Positions 1 through 9,863 of a stretch of DNA of 64,000 nt are shown piece after piece. Location: NCBI GenBank assembly GCA_044229975.1, contig JBGARZ010000011.1, positions 64,001 to 128,000 of the forward strand. Direction: 5' to 3'. Source of the DNA: Polyangiales bacterium. GTDB taxonomy: Bacteria; Myxococcota_A; Polyangia; Polyangiales; Ga0077539. The number at the start of each line of letters is the position of its first letter. Within the stretch, counting starts at the first letter, position 1. The position numbers and the translations under genes were made by a program. The notes under the pieces are model-generated. The model was not told the DNA's origin and made no database searches. It saw only the letters and a list, made by a program, of their open reading frames with translations.

Positions 1-48
1 GGAGGCGGCCCCCGCGAGCTTGATGAACGTCCGTCGCGTGAGCTTCAT
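1..48 (-). CDS. 5' end of a Tat-exported protein (partial, runs off window)
   Basis: Minus strand from ATG at 48 reads MKLTRRTFIKLAGAAS, matching the twin-arginine T-R-R-x-F-I-K consensus; not in the ORF track. Confidence 0.75.
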   Translation of the reverse strand, partial: MKLTRRTFIKLAGAAS

Positions 49-118
49 CGCGTCGTCGATATCACGGCGCGAACGGCGCTCGCGATGGTCACCGCGCCCC
101 CACCCGCGGCGGTCACTA

Positions 119-1075
119 CTACCGCTTCGGCGCCACCACCTCGACGTCGCAGCCCGCCGCGCGCAGCACCGTCGCCGCCTCCTCCGCGTAGCGCTCCGAC
201 ACGTCCACCAGGAACTCCTTCGGCAGCGCCTCCAGCGTCGCCTTCGCTTCGTCCAGCCCGCACGCCATCACCTTGCGCAGCGCCTGCATCGCCGCCACGC
301 GATCGCTCCCGATGCGCCAGAGGATGAGCCGAAACACCCCCGGCGCGATCACCGGCAGCCGCAGCAGCGCAAACGGGTCTTCCACCCCGCTGGGCGTCTC
401 GGTGAGGCGCAGCGTGAGGTTCATCCCGCACGCGTCGGCAATGGCGCGCACCGCCGCAACGCCCTCCACGAGGTCGCCAAACACCACCGACAGGTGCCGC
501 TGCCCCCAGAACCCGAGGTGCCACGCGGGCTTCACCACGGGGCGATCGTCGTACTCGGGGCGCGCGATGAGCGCGTCGAGTTCGGGGCGCACCAGCGCCT
601 CGAAGGCTTCGAGCGCAGGCTCGATGCGCGGGTCGCCGTAGTTCATCCCGGCCGGGTACCAGGCGAACTCCACCGCGATCGGCTCGTGCGAGTGGTCGAG
701 CTCCACCTCCACGCGCCCTCCCTTCGCATAGAACACCTCACCAAACACCGGCGGCATCGTGATCGTGTACGGCGAGTGCACCAACACCTGCCGCCCCAGC
801 GCGACCGCCCTGGGCGCCTCCTTCGCGTACGAGGGCCACTCGTCCCCTCGCCCGTGCTTCGCCTCGCGCAGCCCGTGCTCCTTCACGAAGTCGTCGAGCG
901 GCGCGGGGCTCTCCGTCTCCCACTCGTTGGCGCGGTGCCACGCGTCGTGCCCGTCGATCACCTGCTGCAACAGGCGCGCGACCTCCCCGGCGGTGGCCTC
1001 GTCGTCGAAGCGCCCGACGATGGTGTACGCGCCGCTGTTGTTGCTCGCGAAGGCCGTGAACCATCGAATCCGCAT
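119..1075 (-). CDS. Hypothetical protein with N-terminal FASNNS motif and C-terminal ribosomal L7/L12 CTD-like domain
   Basis: Starts MRIRWFTAFASNNSG; ATG overlaps the radical SAM stop (TGATG); last ~70 aa (FRLILWRIGSDRVAAMQALRKVMACGLDEAKATLEALP...LRAAGCDVEV) align by eye with L7/L12 CTD. Confidence 0.8.
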   Translation of the reverse strand: MRIRWFTAFASNNSGAYTIVGRFDDEATAGEVARLLQQVIDGHDAWHRANEWETESPAPLDDFVKEHGLREAKHGRGDEWPSYAKEAPRAVALGRQVLVHSPYTITMPPVFGEVFYAKGGRVEVELDHSHEPIAVEFAWYPAGMNYGDPRIEPALEAFEALVRPELDALIARPEYDDRPVVKPAWHLGFWGQRHLSVVFGDLVEGVAAVRAIADACGMNLTLRLTETPSGVEDPFALLRLPVIAPGVFRLILWRIGSDRVAAMQALRKVMACGLDEAKATLEALPKEFLVDVSERYAEEAATVLRAAGCDVEVVAPKR

Positions 1076-2094
1076 CAGATCACCGCCAGTGCGTGAGGGT
1101 GTCGCTCGCCGATTCCAAAGCCCGCCGTGCGTGCACAGCCGGGCTGCTCGGCCGGGGTCGCGAGGGCGTCTCGCTCGTCGCGCCAGACGCGCAGGAGGTC
1201 GTCGGCGTCGGCCACGGGAAACGAGCGGTGATGGAAGCTGCACGGGCTCACCCGACGCTCGCTCGTCACCACCACGAACTCCCTCCCCGCCTCGCACCGC
1301 CGCGCCCCGAAGAGCTGCGGAACCGCCTCCATCCGCTCGCCCCAGCACACGTCGAGCTTCAACGTCACGCGCCCGCCGAGCGCGCGAGAGAGCATGCGCA
1401 CCCGCCCCGCGAGCTCGTCGGACTGCGCCCGCGAGAGGTGCAGCGACGGGTCGTGCCCGTTGTACGAGAGCAGCAACACGTCACGACAACCGCGGGCGTG
1501 GAGGTCGAGCACGAAGCTCTCCACCATCGCCAATCGCGCAGGGGTGACCAGCCAGTTGACGCCGAAGCGCACCCGCGCCGCGACGAGGCGCGCGAGCACG
1601 GGGCAGTGGTCGACGTCGTCGTAGACCGAGACCCGCACCTGACCGACGTACGGCGCCAGCGCGGCGACGGCGGCGTCGGTGAGGAGCGTTCCGTTGGTGG
1701 TGAAGCTCACCGCGAGCGCGGTCTCTTCGTGGAGGCGACGCACCAGCGCGGCGAAGCCCTTGAAGGCCAGCGGTTCGCCGCCGCCGAAGGCGACTTCGAG
1801 GGTTCCGCGGGCGCTCAGGTCGCGCAGGAAGGTGAACGCGTCGTCGGCGCTCCAGCCGCTCGCCGCGGACACGTCGCGCGAGCAGAACGTGCACGCCAGG
1901 TTGCACGCGTTGGTGATGGCGAACTGCACCACCCGCGGCGCGCGCATCCGCAGCCCGACGGTCTCTGGGCCGTCGCAGATGGCGGTGAGACCGGTGCGCC
2001 GATCGAAGAGCAGCAGCGCGTCGTCGAGCGCGTACCGACGCATCCCCGCGAGCGCGGACGGGACCTCGACGTCGTCTTCATTCAACCGGTCCAT
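1075..2094 (-). CDS. Radical SAM protein with short SPASM/twitch-like C-terminus
   Basis: CNLACTFC (CxxxCxxC), FGGGEPL, TTNG, C-terminal CEAG...VSPCSF...GC. Confidence 0.92.
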   Translation of the reverse strand: MDRLNEDDVEVPSALAGMRRYALDDALLLFDRRTGLTAICDGPETVGLRMRAPRVVQFAITNACNLACTFCSRDVSAASGWSADDAFTFLRDLSARGTLEVAFGGGEPLAFKGFAALVRRLHEETALAVSFTTNGTLLTDAAVAALAPYVGQVRVSVYDDVDHCPVLARLVAARVRFGVNWLVTPARLAMVESFVLDLHARGCRDVLLLSYNGHDPSLHLSRAQSDELAGRVRMLSRALGGRVTLKLDVCWGERMEAVPQLFGARRCEAGREFVVVTSERRVSPCSFHHRSFPVADADDLLRVWRDERDALATPAEQPGCARTAGFGIGERHPHALAVI

Positions 2095-2106
2095 GAGTTC
2101 GTCTCG

Positions 2107-2379
2107 CGCCCGGGCTGTTGGGTGAAACCCTTGGTCCGCAGGTTGAAACCTGCGGCAACGATGTGTCCAGTGAGGGAGTCCGCTGCAAGTCCGCACGCGG
2201 ACTGTGCTCGGGGTCTTGAATCTTCGAAGGTGCGGCGTGATCCCATCCAGAGTCTTGTCAGAGAGACGACGACTCGGAATGAAGTCCGCGTGCGGACTTG
2301 CAGCGGCCTCTCTCACTGGACACATCGTTGCCGCAGGTTTCAACCTGCGGACCAAGGGTTTCAACCAACAGCCCGGGCG
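2107..2379. repeat. Long inverted-repeat (REPIN/MITE-like) element
   Basis: 97-bp arms 2107-2203 and 2283-2379, about 3 mismatches; each arm has internal hairpins CCGCAGGTTGAAACCTGCGG and AGTCCGCACGCGGACT. Confidence 0.9.
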
Positions 2380-2382
2380 TTC

Positions 2383-3465
2383 TCACCAGAGCGCGTTCGC
2401 GAGCAGCCGATGGAAGTGGTGCACGCCCGTCTCCTTCGTCGGCGAGTACCGACCGCGTCGCGCGAGCATCGCCCGCATGCCCTGCTGCGAAGCGACCACC
2501 ACGGACTCGTCCTCCATCTCCACCTGATCGAGACCGCCGCCTGCGCCTTGCGCGCGCAGTGACGGGTCCCACGTCCACGCGCGGAAGAGCACCCGCGTCC
2601 GCAGCGGTCCGACCGGCTGAACCGCGTTGAGCGACAGCCCCCACGGGTAGAAGTTGAGCATCAGGTTGGGAAACACCCACGCATAGAACGCCGCCACCCG
2701 CGTCCCCTCGTCGGGGTGCCCCAGCGGGAGCGTGAAGGCGACCTCGTCGGGGCGGCGGGCGAAGGCGAGCTGGAGGGTTCCCCAGGGGGCGAGCTCGGTG
2801 CGGTAGTCGTCGTAGCCGATGGCGTCGTCGAGCGCGGGATGCACGAAGGGGATGTGCAACCCCTCCAGGTAGTTGTCGCAATAGAGCATCCAGTTGGCGT
2901 CGAACTCGTAGTCGCGATCGGTGTCCGTCGAGCGCACCAGGCGGTCGAGCGCGAGCGACCCGACGCGCGCATCGATCTGCGCGAGCACGGCCGCGAGCGG
3001 CGCCATCGGGCGCAACGAGACGAAGTCCAACGGCCCCCAACGATCGAGCGAAACAGCCGCGAGGTCATCGTCGACAGAAGGGAAGTCCGCGGCACCGACG
3101 AACTCGGGCATGGAGCGGAAGCGCCCGTCGTGGCCGAAACGACGGCCGTGGTAGCGGCAGCGCAGCGACGACGTGTTGGCCGCGCAGGTGACCACCGGGT
3201 GCCCGCGGTGGGTGCACACGTTGGACAGCGCCCGCACGACGCCACCAGTGCGAGTCATCGCGAGCGGCTCATCGAGGCAGCCGGGGAGCAGCGTGAAGGG
3301 AGCGGCGTCGCCGTCGCGGGTCACGGTGGAGGCTTCGGGACACCACTGCCAGCTCGGCGCAAACACACGCTCGCGCTGCCGGGCGAATAGCTCGGCGTCG
3401 CCATAGGCCGCCGGGGGAAGCGAGCGCGCGCGTCGAATGTCGGGGTCGATGTCGAAGGGCTCCAT
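2383..3465 (-). CDS. Rieske oxygenase alpha subunit (choline monooxygenase-like)
   Basis: Rieske CTHRG...CRYHG; catalytic NW...DNYLEGLHIPFVH; EDE near C-terminus. Confidence 0.92.
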   Translation of the reverse strand: MEPFDIDPDIRRARSLPPAAYGDAELFARQRERVFAPSWQWCPEASTVTRDGDAAPFTLLPGCLDEPLAMTRTGGVVRALSNVCTHRGHPVVTCAANTSSLRCRYHGRRFGHDGRFRSMPEFVGAADFPSVDDDLAAVSLDRWGPLDFVSLRPMAPLAAVLAQIDARVGSLALDRLVRSTDTDRDYEFDANWMLYCDNYLEGLHIPFVHPALDDAIGYDDYRTELAPWGTLQLAFARRPDEVAFTLPLGHPDEGTRVAAFYAWVFPNLMLNFYPWGLSLNAVQPVGPLRTRVLFRAWTWDPSLRAQGAGGGLDQVEMEDESVVVASQQGMRAMLARRGRYSPTKETGVHHFHRLLANALW

Positions 3466-3559
3466 GGCGAGAGCGAGACGGTGCCACAGGTCGGGCGTAG
3501 CATCGCGACCCGTCTGGGAACTCGGCTCGCACCGGGAGGCCTCCTGTCGCTGGCGCTCG

Positions 3560-3877
3560 GATGCACGGAGGCCGCGACGACCACCGACGCCGCCGTCTCA
3601 TGGCCGACCTCACCGCGACCGAGCTGCGCGCCCGACCACAAGCAGCCGCCTGTGCGCCGCACACCCGATCGGCGACGTCGAAGAGCATCGCCGCGAGCCG
3701 ACCGAAGCCGCGGGCCGTGATGCGCTGCCCCGCGGTCTCGTCGAGCTCATGGGCGTCGAAGCCCGCCGACACGAGGATGACATCGGGCGCAAACGCTTCG
3801 AGCACCGGAACCGTCACGCGTTGATGCAGCCGTAGCAGGTCGTCGTCGGTCGCCTCGTGGGCGAGCGGGAGGTTGAC
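3560..3877 (-). pseudogene. C-terminal remnant of a histone deacetylase-family protein
   Basis: VNLPL...VPVLEAFAPDVILVSAGFDAHELD matches the HDAC SAGFDAH motif; no N-terminal part; LEGGY motif absent after DRVCG; left boundary approximate. Confidence 0.75.
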
Positions 3878-3981
3878 GGGAGTGACCCACGACAACCCTC
3901 GGCGCGGTCGATGACATGACCCGCGAGTGTAGCGTCGCGTTCGCGTGTACACAGCGGGTCCTTCTCGCGATGCATCCCCTC

Positions 3982-5556
3982 ATGCGCCCCACGGTTCTCC
4001 TCGCCGCGTCGATCGCCGCGTGCGCTGGTCGCGCGCCGCCTCCCTCGGCCGCTCCCGCTGTCCCCGTCGTCGCCATCGTCGATGCCTCGGTCGACGTCGC
4101 TCCTGCCATCGACGTCGCACCCGCCCTCGATGTCGCCACCGGCGATGCAGGCGTGATCGCCGACCGGCCCGCCTTCGTCGCGGCCGACGCGCCGCCGTCG
4201 CGCTTCGTCGGAGAGACCGTCACCGCGCTCGCGCCGATGGTCGCGGTCTACTTCGAGCCGCGCATCGCCGACGACTGGCGCGGCTACCTCCGCGCAGGCG
4301 GAACGGCCCGCATCATCGCCGGTCCGCTCGGAAACGAAGGCTGCCCCGAGCGCGCCGACCGCCGCGACACCGGCTGGTACCAGGTCGAGGGCGACGGCTA
4401 CGTCTGCGCGTCGCGCGGCCTCGTGCTGACCCGCCACCTCACACCCGCGATGCGCGCGGCGCTGCCCGGCGCGCCCAACCTCGACGCCGGTCTGCCCTAC
4501 CGCTACGCGACCTCCCCGCACGCGGCCGTGGTCTATCGCGCGTTGCCCACCGTCGCCGACGAGCAGCTCGCGGAGCCCACGCGCGCGGGTCTCCCCGCAC
4601 CACCGCCCGCCCCGGGCAGCGACCGCGCCCCGACGCTGGAGACGCTCGCGGGCGCCGAAGGAACCCCCGTCCTCCGACGCATGCTGCGCGGGATGTACGT
4701 CGCCGTGGAGCGGGCGACGCGCGCCGGTTCGGGCGCGAGCTACTGGCACGCGCGCGGCGGCGGGTACGTCCGCACCGACGCGCTCGCGGTGGTGGCGCCG
4801 ATGCCGTTGCACGGGGTTCGGCTGTCGGCGGAGGTGACGCTGCCCATCGCGCTGGTCTCCGTCGATCGCACCAACGTGCGCCGACTCGGAACCGACGGCG
4901 TCATGTACCAGCTCCCCCGCGTCGCCCGGCTCACGGCCTTCCCCGTCGCTTCGACCGACGTGATGCAATGGCGCACCGAGGACTTCCTCCCGACGCGCGA
5001 CGGTCGCTACCTGCGCCGCGCCGACGTCACCGTGGTGACCCTGCAAGCCCCGCCGAGCGACCTCCTGCCGGGCGAGCGCTGGATCGACGTCAACCTCGAT
5101 CGCCAGTCACTCGTCGCCTACGAGGGAGCGACTCCGGTGTTCGCGACGCTGGTCTCGACGGGCATCCCCTCGCCCGACCACCCGGCCAGCGACTACGAGA
5201 CCGTGCAGGGAGGTTTCCGTCTGTTGCACAAGCACATCACGACCACCATGGACGGCAACGCGTCGGCGGGGGCGTACTCGATCGAGGATGTTCCGTGGGC
5301 GATGTACTTCGAGCAGAGCTTCGCGCTGCACGGGGCGTACTGGCACGGCGGCTTCGGGGCGGTGCGCTCGCACGGCTGCGTCAACCTCGCGCCCGACGAC
5401 GCGCGCTACCTCTTCGGGTGGACGACGCCGAGCATCCCCGCCGGGTGGCACGCGGCCTTCGCCACCGCGAGCGACCCCGGGACGCGGGTGTACGTGCACT
5501 ATGACCGCCAGCACCTGGGCGAAGCAGGCGGGCCCTCCCTGGTGCCAGGGCACTGA
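3982..5556 (+). CDS. L,D-transpeptidase (YkuD family) lipoprotein
   Basis: Lipobox-like IAAC; WIDVNLDRQSLVAYEG; ALHGAYWH...SHGCVNL. Confidence 0.92.
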   Translation: MRPTVLLAASIAACAGRAPPPSAAPAVPVVAIVDASVDVAPAIDVAPALDVATGDAGVIADRPAFVAADAPPSRFVGETVTALAPMVAVYFEPRIADDWRGYLRAGGTARIIAGPLGNEGCPERADRRDTGWYQVEGDGYVCASRGLVLTRHLTPAMRAALPGAPNLDAGLPYRYATSPHAAVVYRALPTVADEQLAEPTRAGLPAPPPAPGSDRAPTLETLAGAEGTPVLRRMLRGMYVAVERATRAGSGASYWHARGGGYVRTDALAVVAPMPLHGVRLSAEVTLPIALVSVDRTNVRRLGTDGVMYQLPRVARLTAFPVASTDVMQWRTEDFLPTRDGRYLRRADVTVVTLQAPPSDLLPGERWIDVNLDRQSLVAYEGATPVFATLVSTGIPSPDHPASDYETVQGGFRLLHKHITTTMDGNASAGAYSIEDVPWAMYFEQSFALHGAYWHGGFGAVRSHGCVNLAPDDARYLFGWTTPSIPAGWHAAFATASDPGTRVYVHYDRQHLGEAGGPSLVPGH

Positions 5557-5575
5557 GCGCACGACCCGTTCGGCC

Positions 5576-7324
5576 CTACGCGACGCTCGGAACCTCCAAC
5601 CCCTGGAGCAACCCCCGCGCGGCCGGGTGTTGCTTCAACTGCGCCTTCGCGGTCTCGCCGTCCTGGTGCAGCGCCTTGAGCAGCTCGGAGATCTCCGCGC
5701 CCGTGGTGACCGCCCGCCGCTGGAGCTTCTGCGCCGTCACCTGCGTCTCGTTTTCCAGCGCGTCGAGGGTGGCCTGCACCGCCTGCCGCCGCTCCTCCAG
5801 CGAGGCCAGCGCCCGTGCCTGCGCCGCGCGCCCGGTGGTCACCGCGTCGAGCGCCGACCGCAGTCCCCGCCAGCGCGCCGACACGCGACCGAGCTCTTCC
5901 AACTGCGCCGCGCGCTCCAGCGTGATGAGCCGCGGGTTGCTCGGAACCGTCCCCGCCGAGTCCCACGCCAGCGCCAGCTCTTGCAGCACCTCGACCTCGT
6001 CGCGCCGCGCGTCGCGCTCGCGGGCCTCCAGCGCCGCGGCTTTCGCGGTCGCGGCCTCACGCTCCACCGCGAGCTGACGCAGCTCGATCATCTGCTCCTC
6101 GCGCTCGCGGTCGTGTCGACGCTGCCGCTCGGTGAGCTCGAACATCAACCCCCGGCGGTCGTCTTCGAGGGTGCGGAGACGGTCGACGTTGGTGTTGAAG
6201 CGCTCCAGCAATTCGCGCAGCGCATCGGGGGTGTCGCCCTTCGGAAACGCCGCCTGGGCCGCCGTCTCGAAGGTCACGCCCTGGTGCCGCAGCGTCGGGA
6301 TGGAGGCGGGCGGCGCCGAGCCGCGGCCCGAGTTGATCGTCGCGGTGCTGTTCGGGTCGAGGGGCCCCGGCCGCGAGGTGCGACCCTCGGGGGCGAGCTG
6401 GGTGTTCTCCTCGGCGAGGATCTTCGCCAGCACGTCGATGACGTCCGTCGCGCTGCCCGGACGGTCCTTCGGCAGCTTCTGCATGAGCGAGAGCACGAGC
6501 GAGTCGAGGGCCTCCGGGGCCGACGGCAGGCGCGAGCGCACGGTGGGCGGCGCCGAGTGCGCGTGCTGCGCGATGAGCTGGTTGACGCCGCCCTCGAAGG
6601 GGAGCGTCCCGGTGATCATCTCGAAGAGCAGGACACCGAGGGCGTAGAGGTCGCTCGACGGGCTGCACTCCTGGCCGCGCGCGAGCTCCGAGGCGAGGTA
6701 CTCCGGCGTGCCGAAGACCTCGCCCGGCATGGTGAGCCGCGCCTCGCCGCGAATATGAACGATCCCGAAATCGAGCACCTTCACGCGCACGTCGCCGGCG
6801 GCGTCGCGGGCGAGGAAGATGTTCTCGGGCTTCACGTCGCGGTGCACGACGCCGAGGGCGTGGGCGCGGGCGAGCGCGTGGCAGACCGGGATGGCGATGT
6901 CGATGGCGTGGCGCACGTCGAGCGGCCCCGTGCGCATCAGGTCGGCGAGGCTCTGCCCTTCGAGAAACTCCATCACCAGGAAGACGCGGTTGCCCTCCTC
7001 GGCGACGTCCCAGATGTCGACGATGTTGGGGTGGCGCAGGAGGTTGGTGGCCTGGGCCTCGCGCACGAAGCGCTCACGCATCACCGGGTCGCGGGTGAGC
7101 TCCGGCGAGAGCAGCTTCAGCGCCACGTCGTGCCGCAGGATGACGTGCCGCGCGCGGTACACCTGCCCCATGCCGCCCGCGCCCACGCGGCGGAGGATCT
7201 TGTACCGCGACGCGAGGGTGCGACCGAGCATCGGGTCGGGCCGTGCGTCCAGGGCCTGCCCGTCGTCGGCGCAGTGCGTGGCGGTGTCGTCGTAGGGCGC
7301 GTTGCAGACGGGGCAGTGCTTCAT
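5576..7324 (-). CDS. Ser/Thr protein kinase with N-terminal Cys motif and C-terminal coiled coil
   Basis: GAGGMGQVY, VALK, HRDVKPEN, DFG, GTPEY; N-terminal CPVC...HC. Confidence 0.93.
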   Translation of the reverse strand: MKHCPVCNAPYDDTATHCADDGQALDARPDPMLGRTLASRYKILRRVGAGGMGQVYRARHVILRHDVALKLLSPELTRDPVMRERFVREAQATNLLRHPNIVDIWDVAEEGNRVFLVMEFLEGQSLADLMRTGPLDVRHAIDIAIPVCHALARAHALGVVHRDVKPENIFLARDAAGDVRVKVLDFGIVHIRGEARLTMPGEVFGTPEYLASELARGQECSPSSDLYALGVLLFEMITGTLPFEGGVNQLIAQHAHSAPPTVRSRLPSAPEALDSLVLSLMQKLPKDRPGSATDVIDVLAKILAEENTQLAPEGRTSRPGPLDPNSTATINSGRGSAPPASIPTLRHQGVTFETAAQAAFPKGDTPDALRELLERFNTNVDRLRTLEDDRRGLMFELTERQRRHDREREEQMIELRQLAVEREAATAKAAALEARERDARRDEVEVLQELALAWDSAGTVPSNPRLITLERAAQLEELGRVSARWRGLRSALDAVTTGRAAQARALASLEERRQAVQATLDALENETQVTAQKLQRRAVTTGAEISELLKALHQDGETAKAQLKQHPAARGLLQGLEVPSVA

Positions 7325-7439
7325 CCCGAGAGCGATTGGCTCCCCTTCCACACGCGCCTGTCAAGTAGCTGACGGCGGTAGAAGTTGCGGCCGAGGAGGC
7401 GGGTGATCACCGAGGTGCGGCAGGACGCCACGAGCGACG

Positions 7440-7690
7440 TCATCGACGAAGGCTCGGAGATCCGCGAGGCGGCCGGTTGGTGCCAGGGTCCCGCGGGTGC
7501 ACCCGTCTCCGAGCGGGGCGCTCTACCTCGCTGACGTGTCCGCGACTCGACCAGCCGGGACGCCCCTCGAAGTCGACCACGCGGCGCTGGGTCTCGCGGA
7601 GGTCTCGATCAGCCCACAGGTCGCGTAGCCATGGGGACGCGCGCTCTGCCACGACACGATCGAGCAGACGTGCCGAGACCCCGCTGCGAG
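7440..7690 (-). pseudogene. Probable remnant of the partner gene downstream of the AAA ATPase
   Basis: Protein-like stretch RLLDRVVAERASPWLRDLWADRDLRETQRR without a clear start, directly after the broken ATPase. Confidence 0.35.
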
Positions 7691-8322
7691 CACGTCTTCG
7701 GCGCAGTGCAGTCCGCGAGGTAGGGCGAGTGCGCGGTCGCGATGACCTGCGTGCCGGGCAAGGCATCGAGCGCCGTTCGCAGCCGCGCGATGAACTCGCC
7801 TTGGGCGCGGGGATGGAGCGCGCGGTCGATGTCATCGAGCAGCAGCACCCGCGGCGCCGCGGGTTCGTAGAGGCGCGTGAGGACGCCGAGCGTGAGCAGC
7901 GTTCCCTCGCGCGCGGCGTGGGCGGGCAACCAGTCGGTGTCGGTGAACTTGAGGAGGAGCTCGTCGGAGATGACGTTCGACTGCTCAGGGACGGTGACCT
8001 TCTGACCATCGACGGTCATCACCCTCGTGGTGAGCACCGTCTTCTGCACGCGCCGAAAGTTCATTGCGATCAGCGAAGGCACAACGGCACGCGCAGCCTC
8101 TTCGACCGTCGTCGGTCGCCTTGAGGTGCTTGAGCACGGTCGCCAGTCCAGCGCCGTTCGGTGCGAGCGTCGGCACCAGGTCTTCTGCGCGACCAGGCTC
8201 ACTGACTCCAGCACCGACGTCTTGCCCACCGCGTTGTCGCCCACCAGCAGCGTGAAGCGCGCGAGCGGCACCTTCGTGTCGGTGTGCCCGCGGTAGTTCT
8301 TCAGTTCGACCTCGGTGAGCAT
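7609..8322 (-). pseudogene. Degenerate AAA_21/AbiEii-like ABC-type ATPase
   Basis: Walker A GDNAVGKT, degenerate signature AREGT, Walker B LLLDDIDRALHP, H-loop TAHSPY; conserved LAPNGAGLATVL segment (~8106-8179) is in another frame; shorter than the family norm. Confidence 0.8.
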
Positions 8323-8343
8323 CGCCGCGGACGACATCGCAGG

Positions 8344-8378
8344 CCCGCCTACCGGTCGCGCTCCACCACGTAGTCCAC
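8344..8378. repeat. 35-bp direct repeat, copy 1 (duplicate of polyprenyl synthetase 3' end)
   Basis: CCCGCCTACCGGTCGCGCTCCACCACGTAGTCCAC matches 11737-11771 at 34/35. Confidence 0.9.
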
Positions 8379-8429
8379 GTGGGTCGCACCCCGTTGGAAC
8401 GTCGGCTCGTCATGATAGGCTTTCGATCG

Positions 8430-9824
8430 ATGCGGTCGGTGGTGGCGGGGTTCCTGACGTTCGCGTTCGCTTCGAGCTGTGAGCGCCCGCGCACCGAGCT
8501 CATCGTGCGGGTCGATTCCGAGCTCGCCTGGGGTGTTGGCGCGACGGTGCAGTCGGTGGTCCTGAGCGTACGCAGAGGAGGCCCCATCGGCCCGATGCGG
8601 AGTACGCGCATCACGGAGCTCGGATCGGGCGCCGGTCGCCAACCGCTCCCGCTTTCCGTCGGTGTCCTCCCCGCGGACGACGACCTCTCCACGCCGGTGT
8701 GGATCGAGGCGCTCGGATGCAGCAACGCCGCCGGATGTGATCGCGACACGGCGGTCGTCGCGCAGCGCGCAGTGGTCCGCTTCGTTCGTGGGCAGACGCA
8801 GGAGGTGACGCTGCTACTCGCCTCGGCCTGCGAGGCTGTCCAATGCGGGAGTGACGAGCGCTGCGCCACGGTTGCGGGCCGGTGCGAACCCGCGACCAGG
8901 GCGCAGGACACCGTGCGGACCTACGCCGTCGACTACGACGCGGCGCAGCCCCGTGAGGCCGGAGCGACGACGGACAGCGTCGACGCCGGAGCCCCTGAAG
9001 CCGCGACCGACCTCGGCGCCGACACCCACGATGGCGAGACCTTCGTGGACGTTCCCGTGCTGCTCGATGTCACTCCGACGGACGTCATCGCGCGGGTCGA
9101 TGTGGTGAGTCGAGACGACGGAACGACGGACCTCGGCACCGATCGACCCGACGCGGTGGACCTCGGGACCGGCGCCGAGTGCGAGGCGGCTGCTACGCGC
9201 GCCTGCTACACGGGCAACCCCTCCACGCGGATGGTTGGGCTGTGCACCGATGGGTTCCAACGCTGCGTGGGCGGTCGCTGGGCGACGGCGTGCAACGGAG
9301 AGATCGTCCCCGCGGTCGAGACGTGCAACGGCATCGACGACGACTGCGACCGGGCGGTGGACAACATCGCCACGTCGCCCTGCTACACGGGCGCGCCGGG
9401 TACGCAGGGCGTGGGTCTGTGCCGCGCGGGCACCTACCGCTGCGTGGGGAGCACCCGCGCCTGCGCCGGGCAGGTGGTGCCCCATTCGAGCGAGGTGTGC
9501 GGCAACAGGGTGGACGACAACTGCAATGGCATGACCGACGAAGGCTGCGCCACCACGAGCTGCCCCGCGACCAGCCCCGTCCGCTGGAACATCCCGGTCG
9601 GCACGGTCGGAGGCCCGGCGTGTCTCACCAGCGGAGGCGGCTATTGCGAGGGCACGGCGTACTGCTCCGGGGGCACCTGCTCCACCACTCCCCCGGCCGG
9701 TTGCGGCGGGCCGTTCTGCGCCACCTTTCACTGCAACGACGAAACGTATGTGCGCACGCAATATTGTGGCGTCGTCACGGAGTGCAACGGCGGTGTGGTC
9801 TCGGCCACCGGGTACCGGTGGTAG
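8430..9824 (+). CDS. Cys-rich lipoprotein with MopE-like metal-binding repeats
   Basis: Lipobox-like FASSC; acidic linker; ETCNGIDDDCD and EVCGNRVDDNCNG repeats. Confidence 0.85.
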   Translation: MRSVVAGFLTFAFASSCERPRTELIVRVDSELAWGVGATVQSVVLSVRRGGPIGPMRSTRITELGSGAGRQPLPLSVGVLPADDDLSTPVWIEALGCSNAAGCDRDTAVVAQRAVVRFVRGQTQEVTLLLASACEAVQCGSDERCATVAGRCEPATRAQDTVRTYAVDYDAAQPREAGATTDSVDAGAPEAATDLGADTHDGETFVDVPVLLDVTPTDVIARVDVVSRDDGTTDLGTDRPDAVDLGTGAECEAAATRACYTGNPSTRMVGLCTDGFQRCVGGRWATACNGEIVPAVETCNGIDDDCDRAVDNIATSPCYTGAPGTQGVGLCRAGTYRCVGSTRACAGQVVPHSSEVCGNRVDDNCNGMTDEGCATTSCPATSPVRWNIPVGTVGGPACLTSGGGYCEGTAYCSGGTCSTTPPAGCGGPFCATFHCNDETYVRTQYCGVVTECNGGVVSATGYRW

Positions 9825-9863
9825 GACGACCAACGGACCTCACCGCAGGTGAGGCCAATGGGT

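Noticed and set aside
119..330. Calling this rplL
   Set aside because: Only the C-terminal domain, fused to an unrelated ~250-aa region and outside an rplJ/rpoB context
2095..2364. N-terminal extension of the radical SAM ORF with a repeated peptide
   Set aside because: Translation through the inverted-repeat element, not a real domain
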